In this document: positions 26,601 to 36,792 of the stretch, one piece after another
Numbering within the stretch: position 1 is the stretch's first letter
How the letters are laid out: each line of letters begins with the position of its first letter
DNA from: Macrostomum hystrix
Taxonomy: Eukaryota; Animalia; Platyhelminthes
Reading direction: 5' to 3'
NCBI GenBank assembly: GCA_950097015.1
Contig: CATNEN010000007.1
Span: 3,286,001-3,350,000, forward strand
DNA length: 64,000 nt
Program-made: the position numbers and the translations under genes
The notes under the pieces: model-generated
Database searches by the model: none
What the model saw: only the letters and a program-made list of their open reading frames with translations
Told to the model about the DNA's origin: nothing

Positions 26601-29600
26601 TTCAAGTAAGACCTTTTTTTAAAATCCGCGCCATATTAACAGTAAACTGAGGTTGCTGTGGCTGAACTGAATGATCAGGGGAGGTAGCTGAGGGCTGCAC
26701 TGAAGGATCTGTGGTGTTGTCTTAGATTTGCTTCTAAAGCAATTCTTATTTACTGCTACAAATCCAGAAACTTTATCGTCATCCGTGTTCTACCCTCCTC
26801 TCCTCAGCACCTGAAGTGTCTGCAGAGTCTCAACCTGAGCTTCAACCGGTTGCACCGACTCCCCAGCCTGGCCACCTGCCGCAGCCTCCGCCGCCTCCGG
26901 CTAGCCTACAATTTCTTAGAGAGCCTAACCGGCGTTGAAGATCTTCGACGCCTAGAGCTGCTGGATGCCAGGCACAATGTCATCTGCCATCTGGCTCTAA
27001 TTGGCGAACTGAGACGGCTGATCCGACTGCAGAGTGTAATACCTGGCTGTTGACTGTAACTGAAGTATCTCAAAACACAGGAACTCACACCTGAAGTATC
27101 TGGGAACACGGGCAATCCTACCTGAAGTATCTCAAAACACAGGAACTCACACCTGAAGTATCTGAGAACACGGGAAATCTTACCTGAAGTATCTGAAAAC
27201 ACAGGAACTCACACCTGAAGTATCTGAGAACACGGGAAATCTTACCTGAAGTATCTGAAAACAGTGGTTTGAACTGAGCATCTAAATACTATAATGGAAA
27301 CTGTTATGTAGTGAACGAAGGGAACAACGGATTTGTTGGCAGATTCCAAATTGAGAAGTTATCCTTTTTGTGATAGCTTTGTGTCCGTATATTTATAGGT
27401 AGCTGATATGTTAAATCGAAAGTTCTAGAAAACACGGACTATAGAAGGTTCTAGAATATTCTGGCTACAGAAGGTTCTAGAAATTACTAGCTTCCTCACT
27501 GCACTACTCATAGTGGCAGTATGCGTAAATTAGCATTCAGTCAGTCAATACACAACATCTTCCCCCTCTCCGCAAAATCAGTCAGTCAGAAGCCATAACG
27601 CTGCACAGGTCGCCTCGGCCGACCGGATCGTCGTACCGGCGGGGTCGCTAGTCCCTGTGCTGGATCCGGTGCAGGCAAGGGATCTCCGCCTCCATCGTTC
27701 GGAACCGTGTGCTGTCCTTGAATGTCGATGAGCGGGTCGAGCTCGTCAGGCACCGGTGTCTCGGGGCTCAGGCGCATCGATGTTGGTACGAGTGCCTGCT
27801 GATTCCAGGTGCTGCCGTCGGTCAGTCGGCAAGCAGCGCCCATCGTTTTGACGATCCGAAGCGGCGCCGAGAGCCGCGTTCCGAGCTTGCCCCGTCGTAT
27901 TGGACGCCGCACCCGAACCCAGTCGCCGGCGCGCAGTGCCGGCGGTCGCGCTCTTCGCCGCTGGTCCGTGTAGGCTGCCGTCCGCTGCTGGCGCTCTTGG
28001 ATTCGCTGGGCCATCTCGGTATGCGCAACCGCGTTGTCCTTAGACGGTGACAGCAGAGCCGGTCGCAGCTTGAAATTCTTCTCCGCTGTCTCGCAGGCGC
28101 CGCAGTCTCGGACGAACGTCTCGACGTCGGCGTCCATCTTTGGCCACCAGGCGAACTCGCGGAGCTGCTGCTTGGTGCGCACCACCCCCGGATGTCCAGA
28201 ATGGGCCGCCTCCAGAAGCTCGCGCCGCAGCTGCAGGGGAATGACGGCTCGTTCTTGGAAAGCCAGGCAGGCGCCGTCCTGCCAGACGCTGAGGTGCTCG
28301 CGGACCTTGAAGTACGGCTGCAGCTCGCTATCCGATGAAGAGCTCCAGTTGCCGCTTGTGACGTGCTGAATCACCTGTCGCAGAACCGCATCCTCGGCTG
28401 TGGCTATCGCTAGCTGCTGCGGGGTAACAACCCGTACCGGAGGCATCGCAGTGTCTGGTAGCTGGATGATGTTCATGTCGGAACCGCAGCTCCACCTAGA
28501 CAGCATGTCGGCCACGAAGTTGCGGTTGCCCGGCAGGTATCGCACATGGAAGTCATATTGCTGAAACCTGTCGCACCACCGGTGGATGCGCAGCGGCCGA
28601 TGTCCGGTGCCGCTGGGTCCCAGCAGGAGCTGGCGCAGCGCTTGGTGGTCGGTCCGCAGCTCGAAATGGCGCCCGTACAGGTAGTAGTGCCACTTCTCCA
28701 TGGCCCACAGGCTCGCCAGCGCCTCTCGCTCGTTCGCTGCGTATCGCTTCTCCGTCTCGGTCAGGGCCCGGGCGGCGAAGGCGATCGGCCTCTCGATGCC
28801 ATCTTGGACCTGGGACAGCTGCGCACCGAGGGACTCTGCACTGGCGTCGCTAGTGACGATCGTCTCGGCCCCTGGGTCGAAGTGGGCTAGGACCGGCGGA
28901 CTGCAGATTGCCGCTTTCAACGTTTCGAATGCCTTCTCGCACTCCGTCGACCATTCGAACACCGCGTCGCTTTTCAGCAGAGGCCGCAGTGGCGCCGTTA
29001 CCTCCGCGAAGTTGGGCACGAACCGCATCAGATAGTTGGCGGATCCCAGGAACGCCTGCAGCTCCTTCCTGTTGGTCGGCGGGCGCAGCTCGCTGAAGGC
29101 CTTGGTCTGACTCTCAGACGGTCGCATGCCGTTGGCTGAGAAGATGAAGCCAAAGAACTCAATCTCAGTCCTCCGCAGCTGGCACTTGTCCTTGTTGGCA
29201 GTGAGACCGGCGTCCTCCAATCGCTTCAGCAGTGCTCGCAGCCTCGAGTTGTGCTCGGCTTCAGTTGCTCCGAAGACGATGAAGTCGTCCAAGATGTGCT
29301 CAACACCCTGCAGATCAGACACCAGGTCGTCCAGCATCCTCTGGAATGCCGCCGGTGCAGAAGCAAGGCCGAACGGCACCCTGCAGTAGCGATACAGACC
29401 CTGGTGAGTAATGAATGCTGTCAGGTCACGTGATGACTCGTGCAGCTTCATCTGCATGTATCCTGCCTTAAGGTCGATCTTGGAGAACACGCTGCCTCCG
29501 GCCGCTTTGATCTTGGCCGAGATCTCGTCCAGCTGCGGCATCGGGTGCCGGTCGATGACGAGCGACTTGTTCGGCTCTCGCACGTCAATGCAGACTCGAA

Positions 29601-32600
29601 TATTTCCGTCCTTCTTGTTAGCGACAACCAAGTTGGAGATCCATGGGCTGGAATTCACCCGTTCGATGATTCCCATGGCCTCCAGACGGTCCAGCTCCTC
29701 GCCGACTTGTTGCTGCTTAGCGAGCGGAAGTCGACGGAGCGGCTGCTGCACTGGTGGCACCGCTGCGTTAATCCTCGGTTTGTGCACTGCGCCTTTGCAG
29801 AGACCGATCGAGCCGCTGAAGACCGTTGGGAACTCTCGCTCGATGTCTACGCTGGCGATCTCGGCACCGATCTCAGCTGGCGGCTGCAGTTGCACGCGGA
29901 AGCCTAGCTTCTTTATCAGGTCGCGGCCGATGAGGTTCTCGCCAGACCTCGTGACGTAGAAGTCGTGTTGGAGCTCACGGCTGTGGTGCTTGACGGGCAC
30001 TGTTGCGATCCCAGCTAGGGCGATCAGCTTCCCACCGTAGGCTCGTAGCCTCATCGACGACGTTCTTAGGCGAATGTCGCCCAAGCTCCGTGCCGTGGCC
30101 TCGTTCAGCAGAGACACCTTGGCACCGCAGTCGACCATCAGGCTGACGGTCTTTCGGATGCTGCCGAGCTGAAGGTCTGCGCGGACCTCGTTGTTGCCGT
30201 GGACTGCGTAGATTGTCTCTTCCGCGCTGACCTGCATTGTCTTATTGCGGCAGCATCGGCTGAAGTGATTCAGTTTGCCGCAGTTGTTGCACTTCTTGCC
30301 GTGCGCGGGACATTGGGCTTTGCCATCATGGCTGCGGCCGCATCGCTGGCAGGATCCTCCGGCTTGCTGCCCTGGCTTCTTCTTGGACGGAGCGCCATGG
30401 TGACCTCGGGGTCTGGCCTCCTGCACAGCCTGGACATTTCCTGAAGAGCCGGCTGCTGCCATCGCCTTGCTGCCTGCCGCTGCCTCCTCGATAGTCGTCG
30501 CGATCACGATGGCTTGGTCCAGTGTCAGCCTGGCGGCGTCCTCAGTCAGCAGGCGCTCACGAATCCGGCTGCTGCTGGTTTTCTGGGCCAGCTGGACGCG
30601 GATCATTTCATCAGCCATTGCTCCGTAGTTGCAGGTGGCTGACAGCTCGCGTAGTGCTGCGACAAACGTGACTGCGTCCTCTCCGGGCAGCTGATGTCGC
30701 TCCCGGAATCGGTGACGCGCCAACATCACGTTTGGCCGGTCGCCAAACACAGTCGTCAGCATGTCGCGGGTTTGCCAGAAGGTGTGGCCGTCGACAATCG
30801 CGTTGCGTGCCCTGGCAATCCGCTGCCCTTCGAAACCGAGCAGGTGCAGCAGCATGTTGCGGCTCCTCGTTGCCAGTCGCGTAGCTTCCTCTGTTGGAGC
30901 TTCGCCCTCTGCCGGCCGGTCAGTCCAGATCTGCGCCGCTTGGCAATAGATATCGAAAGCGTCTAGCCATCGATTCCATGGAACTGCTGGAGGTCCGCTT
31001 GCCGGCAGGTACGGTGTCGGTGGGCTAACGTTGAGGGCCATCCTCGTCGCCAGTTGTTATGTAGTGAACGAAGGGAACAACGGATTTGTTGGCAGATTCC
31101 AAATTGAGAAGTTATCCTTTTTGTGATAGCTTTGTGTCCGTATATTTATAAGTAGCTGATATGTTAAATCGAAAGTTCTAGAAAACACGGACTATAGAAG
31201 GTTCTAGAATATTCTGGCTACAGAAGGTTCTAGAAACTACTAGCTTCCTCACTGCACTACTCATAGTGGCAGTATGCGTAAATTAGCATTCAGTCAGTCA
31301 ATACACAACAGAAACCTGAACCCCAATGAACCTCCGAATATCCAGCTGGATCTTCGCGGCAACCCAGCGGAAACCGCGCGGGATCACCGCGCCCAGCTCC
31401 TGCAGCTTCTGCACTGTCGCGAGCCAACCCGCCTGCTGCTCAACGGCCGCAGACTGTCAGCTGAGGAGGTGCGCGCCCTGGTTCACGCCATGAAGAGATA
31501 CCCGCGCAGCATCTCGGCTGAAGATTCAATTCAGCTGCAGCGACATCAGCTGGCTCGCGGCAGCGTGAATGCCGGTTATTCAACTGCGGACGAATTCTCA
31601 GAGTCCCCAGCCCCCATGCCGGCCGCGACATTCGGCCAGGCCGTAGTTCTAGTTCACGTCAACGATGCCGCCGTGCTGAATGACAGCGCTATCAGTGAAG
31701 ACAAGGATGACTACGATGATGACGATCTGATTGCAGGCGACGGTCCTAGCGTCATCGCCGGCAGCTCGATGGCCCAATCTCGACTGCCGGGTAATTTTAC
31801 GAACGAATGCGAAGCTGACGTGTCTTCAGCTGAAGAGCCGCCGACATCGCCGCCTCAGCTGCAACACCGACATTCGGGATCGAAGAGGGGTAGGTATTAA
31901 GAATTATTATTTGATAATTGGTCTCCGATTCCCCGGTTTAATAGATATTGAAACCCGTTTTCTGATTTCCTAATGTGAGATTTCTATTTAAAGTTTAGTA
32001 CCTTACTAGTAATATTACCCATTAGGGATTCCGCTTTCGGCATTGCCCTTTTTAAGATTTCCCTTTATGGATTCTCCTTTTTAAAATTTTCCTTTTTTGC
32101 GGGATTCCCTTTCGGAATTTCCCTTTTAAGATTTCCCTTTAGGGATTCCCTTTCAGGAATTCTCTTTAGGGTTTCCCTTTTCGGAATTTCCCTTTAGAGA
32201 TTTTCCTTTAAAGATTCCCCCTTCAGGATTATTGTTTAGTGTTTACTTTTTCACTTTTCCCTTATGATTATGCAATGTTATCTAGTCGAAGTTTTTATTG
32301 CTTCTATATGGTATATATGAAAATATGAGTATTCTAATTTCTGCAGGTTCGGCGGCTTTGCCAAGTGCCGGCGGCCAGAATATGCGCGACTATCTGGCCG
32401 GTCTGCGTCAGCACTACGGTGATGGCTACATTGTGCGGCTCAACGAGCAGCAACAACAGCAGCGGCAGCGCCAGCAGCTGGACGAGCAGCAGCAGCCGAA
32501 TGTGCAAGAAGATCGGTTGGCCACTTTCGCCAATGACCGGGGCCAGTCACCGAGCCCTATCGCCGTCTCATCAACTCCGTTAGATCCGCCAGGTCAATTT

Positions 32601-34868
32601 CTTGCCGTTCCAAGCGCCGCCGCGTCCGCTTCCGTCACAGCCACAATGGCCGATCGAACACCTCAGATGGACTCCATTGGCTCGGATGTGTTTGTACTGC
32701 CGCCGGCAGCTTCGCGACTGCAACCGCCGCCGCCGCCGCCGCCTCCCACGCCGCCCAGCAGCACTGCCGATGGAGGGGCCATCTCCGTGGAGCGCGAGCT
32801 GGGCCTGATTCGCGGCCACCAGTATCTGGCTATTCAAACTGACACCAGCTCCGGCGTCATGCTCACCCTGGCCGATCATCAGCTTACAGTTCGACGACCA
32901 AATGGCGAATTGAGCGAAGAACTCGACCTCAGGCGACTCGTCGCATTCGAATTGCCGCAGAGCGGCACGACCGCCTCCGCTGCCGACTCCATTCTTCGGC
33001 TTCGATTCTCCGGTGTTGATCAGCCTTCGGTTCGAACTTTCCAGCTGCAGGAGGACGACCCGGCGGATGTCGAGCAGCTCGCTGCTCTCCTGTCTCCCTT
33101 CGCTAGCATCGCAGCTGCCGCGGACAACCGGATGCGCTGCGCCCGCTGCGAGCACTCCTTCAACGCCGCCGAAGCCAGAAGGTCAATCCTGCCCTGCGAG
33201 AGTGCCCACAGCCTCTCCGACATTCGCGAGGCTGCGGTCTGCCCCAACTGCGGCTCCGAGTTTATTGCGGCTTCGGGCTCCTCCGCTGCTCCGGCCGCTG
33301 CCGCTCCCGCGTCGCTCGGCCCGCCTGCGGCCAAATTCTTCGTCGGCAGCATCGGCACCGACATGTCGGCTCCGAGATTCTCGCCGCCGGCCCCGACTCC
33401 GACACCCCCGCCGCCGCCGCCGCCTCCTCCCCAGACTTCCTCGTTTGCCAACACACCGTCAATGACGTCGCTAGATTCTCGCCAGCTGGCAACTGCAGCG
33501 ACTGTCGACACGGTTGACGGCGGCTTCGACTTTGAACAGGAGCAAGAACGGCCACCTGAGCTGCCAGAAGGTCGCGAGGAATTGCCAGCTGATGTCGCCG
33601 CTGATTTGGACACTTACATTGGGGTGAGTGAGTTACCAAATCGTTAATTTTTTAACGGAGCTATCGTTACTTTAATACGACTTTCTCCTTGTTTGGCAGT
33701 GTACATACATACGTGCTGTACAAAGTATGGGGCAAAGCTTTTATTCTGTAGAAAATAAGAGTTACTCAAACTTTGAGTTCGTAGTGTAATGCCTCGTCAT
33801 CTAATTTGTGCTTAAAATTGTGCACCAACTTGTGTATCAAAGAGCCCGGCATCGACCGCAGCGCCAACTGAAACTGACGCCTACGTCACCGCGTCGCCTA
33901 CGGCCGATTGTTCAGCTGACCTCGCCCAGCTGCTGGCTGATCCGCCGGCCTTCCTGGACCAGGAGATCCTCCCGGTCTGCTCCCTGACCTTCAATCCGTC
34001 CCAGCCGAAGATCATCGACCACCGTCTGAAGCTTCACCTGGACCTGAAGCTACTTGGCGACGGCGAGGAGGCCGCATTCGCCGTGCTGCTCGCTGGCTGC
34101 CAGCTGCTGACTGGCAAGCGTAACTCCGACTGGGAGGCGCTGAGATCCGGTGCAGTTCTGGTCGGCACCAGCCGGCAGCTGCTCCTGCTGAACTGCAGCA
34201 GCTCCGACAGATCCGGCGATGACGAGCTCAGCAGGAGCCTCGCTGTCGCACAGAAGTGGCCCCTTGCTGCCCTGACCGCGGTTCGCTACGCCGATTTCGC
34301 CGGCGGCCTCGCTTTGCTTCGTCTGGGTGCCGATGCCCGACTCCTGGCTCCGCTGGGCCATCGGGCCAAGCTCGACGCCCTGGCCGGCTGCCTGCAGGAG
34401 CTGTGCAGTCAGGCCCAGACGGCCGATCAGGTGGCCAGCCCAGATGGCGAGACCTGCTTCTGCGTTGTTCTGCCCGACGCAGCTTCCAGCGCCGCACTGG
34501 CTGTGCTTGTCATTGACTCCGACCAAGAGAACGACTCCGAGACTCTGCGGCTGATTGGCCTAATGGCTGCTGACGTGGTCGAAGCTCTGACCGATGGCAG
34601 ACGGCCGGACTGGCGATTGACTGGCCGGCTGGTGGATTCGGCTCCGCTGACGTCGCTGCAGTCTTTGTCGCTACTTGATGCCACAAAGACTTCGTTGGCC
34701 GGGGCGCCGTTAAAGTTGGAATTTTTTCCAGAGGACGGCGTCGCCTCCTGGTCGGTTGTCATGGCGACCCCGGCTGCCAGGCGGGAATTGTGCCGCTGCC
34801 TAGCCGAGCCCTGGCAGCGTCGGTTTGGCGTTGAACTGCCAGTTGGCAGCCTGAGCGAGAGTGGGTAA
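23684..34868 (+). CDS. STK11IP: STK11IP-like (LKB1-interacting) leucine-rich-repeat protein, first exon not located
   Basis: Exons: 23684-23871, 26058-26225, 26325-26432, 26537-26605, 26808-27035, 31346-31889, 32347-33623, 33843-34868 (stop TAA). Phases are consistent. SDS22-type LRRs (LTHLDLSYNQL, LQSLNLSFNRL, LRRLRLAYNFL, LELLDARHNVI, LDLRGNP) are followed by RCARCEHSF..CPNCGS, IDHRLKLHLDL and C-terminal PWQRRFGVELPV, the order recalled for STK11IP. Confidence 0.8.
24020..25975. repeat. 20-bp satellite (ATTGTAGGGAACTGAAAGCG), roughly 95-100 copies
   Basis: Strict 20-bp phase within an intron of the STK11IP-like gene. Confidence 0.97.
27057..27262. repeat. ~31-bp tandem repeat (CTGAAGTATCTCAAAACACAGGAACTCACAC)
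   Basis: About 6-7 copies just before the LTR. Confidence 0.85.
27302..27557 (-). repeat. 3' LTR (256 bp)
   Basis: Matches 31055-31310 except for two transitions seen by eye (ataGgtag/ataAgtag and aaaTtact/aaaCtact). Confidence 0.97.
27558..27571 (-). promoter_or_regulatory. Polypurine tract
   Basis: GGAGAGGGGGAAGA on the minus strand abuts the 3' LTR. Confidence 0.9.
27586..31041 (-). CDS. Gag-Pol polyprotein (Gag, zinc knuckles, protease, RT, RNase H, integrase lacking its catalytic core)
   Basis: 1151-aa ORF. Zinc knuckles CQRCGRSH..CPAHGKKCNNCGKLNHFSRCC; protease LMVDCGA; RT SKIDLKAGY..PFGLASAP..HILDDFIVF; RNase H TSDAS..ANEREALA..LRTDHQAL; integrase H-H-C-C motif AHSGHPG..CGAC. Confidence 0.95.
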   Translation of the reverse strand: MALNVSPPTPYLPASGPPAVPWNRWLDAFDIYCQAAQIWTDRPAEGEAPTEEATRLATRSRNMLLHLLGFEGQRIARARNAIVDGHTFWQTRDMLTTVFGDRPNVMLARHRFRERHQLPGEDAVTFVAALRELSATCNYGAMADEMIRVQLAQKTSSSRIRERLLTEDAARLTLDQAIVIATTIEEAAAGSKAMAAAGSSGNVQAVQEARPRGHHGAPSKKKPGQQAGGSCQRCGRSHDGKAQCPAHGKKCNNCGKLNHFSRCCRNKTMQVSAEETIYAVHGNNEVRADLQLGSIRKTVSLMVDCGAKVSLLNEATARSLGDIRLRTSSMRLRAYGGKLIALAGIATVPVKHHSRELQHDFYVTRSGENLIGRDLIKKLGFRVQLQPPAEIGAEIASVDIEREFPTVFSGSIGLCKGAVHKPRINAAVPPVQQPLRRLPLAKQQQVGEELDRLEAMGIIERVNSSPWISNLVVANKKDGNIRVCIDVREPNKSLVIDRHPMPQLDEISAKIKAAGGSVFSKIDLKAGYMQMKLHESSRDLTAFITHQGLYRYCRVPFGLASAPAAFQRMLDDLVSDLQGVEHILDDFIVFGATEAEHNSRLRALLKRLEDAGLTANKDKCQLRRTEIEFFGFIFSANGMRPSESQTKAFSELRPPTNRKELQAFLGSANYLMRFVPNFAEVTAPLRPLLKSDAVFEWSTECEKAFETLKAAICSPPVLAHFDPGAETIVTSDASAESLGAQLSQVQDGIERPIAFAARALTETEKRYAANEREALASLWAMEKWHYYLYGRHFELRTDHQALRQLLLGPSGTGHRPLRIHRWCDRFQQYDFHVRYLPGNRNFVADMLSRWSCGSDMNIIQLPDTAMPPVRVVTPQQLAIATAEDAVLRQVIQHVTSGNWSSSSDSELQPYFKVREHLSVWQDGACLAFQERAVIPLQLRRELLEAAHSGHPGVVRTKQQLREFAWWPKMDADVETFVRDCGACETAEKNFKLRPALLSPSKDNAVAHTEMAQRIQERQQRTAAYTDQRRRARPPALRAGDWVRVRRPIRRGKLGTRLSAPLRIVKTMGAACRLTDGSTWNQQALVPTSMRLSPETPVPDELDPLIDIQGQHTVPNDGGGDPLPAPDPAQGLATPPVRRSGRPRRPVQRYGF
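31038..31052 (-). promoter_or_regulatory. Primer-binding site complementary to the tRNA-Ser(GCU) 3' end
   Basis: TGGCGACGAGGATGG lies 2 nt after the 5' LTR and is complementary to the ...CCAUCCUCGUCGCCA end recalled for eukaryotic tRNA-Ser(GCU). Confidence 0.8.
31055..31310 (-). repeat. 5' LTR (256 bp)
   Basis: TGTTATG...CACAACA on the plus strand, followed by TSD GAAAC. Confidence 0.97.
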
Positions 34869-35289
34869 CCGGCAATAACGAACAAGCCTGATTTGACAGC
34901 TCATTTTGAGATGAGTTATCGGACAATTTTTCGATGCCACTATTTGATTGTAAACTAAATTAACTGCCTGTATTGATATCCAGCATGTGTCTGCCTGAAT
35001 TGTGCACTTCACTGTGAATAAAAAACCACTCGAATCTGGCGTTAATTTGTCATAATGAGCTTTCAGAATTTCTCTTCTTTGCGATATGTTTCATAATGAC
35101 GTTTTTCTCTTGGAATCTAGTTTTCTATCGCCAATAATAAACATTCAAGTTAATTTAACGTATTTTTTCGAAAAAAATCACACTTTTGTCTGACGATGAA
35201 CACATAGACTTATAAAATTTGACTGTTTATTTATTTATCGTCTTTCGTACTCGTAGCTTTGTGAATCGGGTTTTTGCTGTTAGGTTCGC

Positions 35290-35945
35290 GTGATGGAGTG
35301 AGGTGGGTCTGTTAGAATGAGGTAGTCGTGATGGAGTGAGGTGGGTGTGTTAGAGTGAGTTAGGCTTGATGGAGTGAGGTGGGTGTGTTGTAATAAGGTA
35401 GGCGTGATGGAGTGAGGTGGGTCTGTTAGAATGAGGTAGTCGTGATGGAGTGAGGTGGGTGTGTTAGAGTGAGTTAGGCTTGATGGAGTGAGGTGGGTGT
35501 GTTGTAATAAGGTAGGCGTGATGGAGTGGGGTGGGTGTGTTAGAGTGAGTTAGGCGTGATGGAGTGATGCGGGTGTGTTGGAGTGATACAGCCGTGATGG
35601 AGTGAGGTGGGTGTGTTGGTATGATGTAGGCGTGATGGAGTGAGGTGGGTGTGTTGGAATGAGGTAGGTGTGTTGGAGTGAGGTAGGTGTGTTGGAATGA
35701 GGTAGGTGTGTTGGAATGAGGTAGGCGTGATGGAGTGATGCGGGTGTGTTGGAGTGATACAGTCGTGATGGAGTGAGGTGGGTGTGTTGGTATGATGTAG
35801 GCGTGATGGAGTGAGGTGGGTGTGTTGGAATGAGGTAGGTGTGTTGGAGTGAGGTAGGTGTGTTGGAATGAGGTTGATGTGTTACAATGAGGTAGGCGTG
35901 ATGGAGTGAGGTGGGTGTGTTGGAATGAGGTAGGCTTGATGAAGT
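35290..35945. repeat. Intergenic GT/GA-rich compound minisatellite (GTGATGGAGTGAGGTGGGTGTGTT...)
   Basis: Visible tandem copies between the convergent STK11IP-like and filamin genes. Confidence 0.9.
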
Positions 35946-36792
35946 GAGGTGTACCTCGACATCCCAGATCGAGATCTAGATAAATACCTGTATTTTTAGT
36001 CGAAGCAAATAAAACTTGCAAAAGTACATTAGTTTGAAGTTTTTAACAAGTGTCTAAGAACGCTTAAGAATATTCAGATGTAATAAATATTAAATATAAA
36101 AGATTACTACTTTTTATATTTAACTCAACTGTTTCTATGGCAAATAGTGTCAGAAACTTTTTAATTGGAAGTTTATTTTAGTTTAGCGCCTAGTTAAGAG
36201 GGCTGGAATATTTTCTTGATTTAGTTATCATATAAAGGCCGTTGAAGTGTAATGCAGAATACTTAAACACAAGCGAGCTATATGTACTTCATTGAGTTGT
36301 TAGTAGTTAAATGAGATTCCACGGCACAATGGTTAGTGAAGCTAAAAAATACTAAAACATGATTCAGTAGAGCGTAATACAAAGGGTGTCGCATGCTCTT
36401 CATATAATAGCAACATAGCAACATAGCAACATTGTGTAACATTGTGACCTGTGTTCCCGTATCTAATGAAAACGCTGACAGCAACTTATCATCTTAGTAA
36501 TTTGTAAGTCACTTAGTAATAGCTTTGATTTCAAATATCGATGCGCCCATACTACTTATCAGTAGGGCTATAAATCTTTCTTTATCTACTCGTAATAAGC
36601 ATTAGTCACAGTAAAAAGTTGAGAATAAAAAATATCAGACAAAAAGCAAGTCGATGACGATCTGAAGCGGGTTAAAGCAGTTTTCAGATTCTCTGGGATC
36701 AGCAATGCCTCAATTAGGCCGCATTTAAACAGCAAACTAAAAGCCATGTCGCATTGGTCAGCTGTCAGTTTCTGAAGCGCTAGTGCTTGAAT

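Larger units (their letters stand above)
27302..31310 (-). mobile_element. Ty3/Gypsy LTR retrotransposon (Mag-like), inserted antisense in an intron of the STK11IP-like gene
   Basis: Two 256-bp TG...CA LTRs, 5-bp target-site duplication GAAAC (27297-27301 and 31311-31315), PBS, PPT and a single gag-pol ORF in PR-RT-RH-IN order. Confidence 0.97.
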
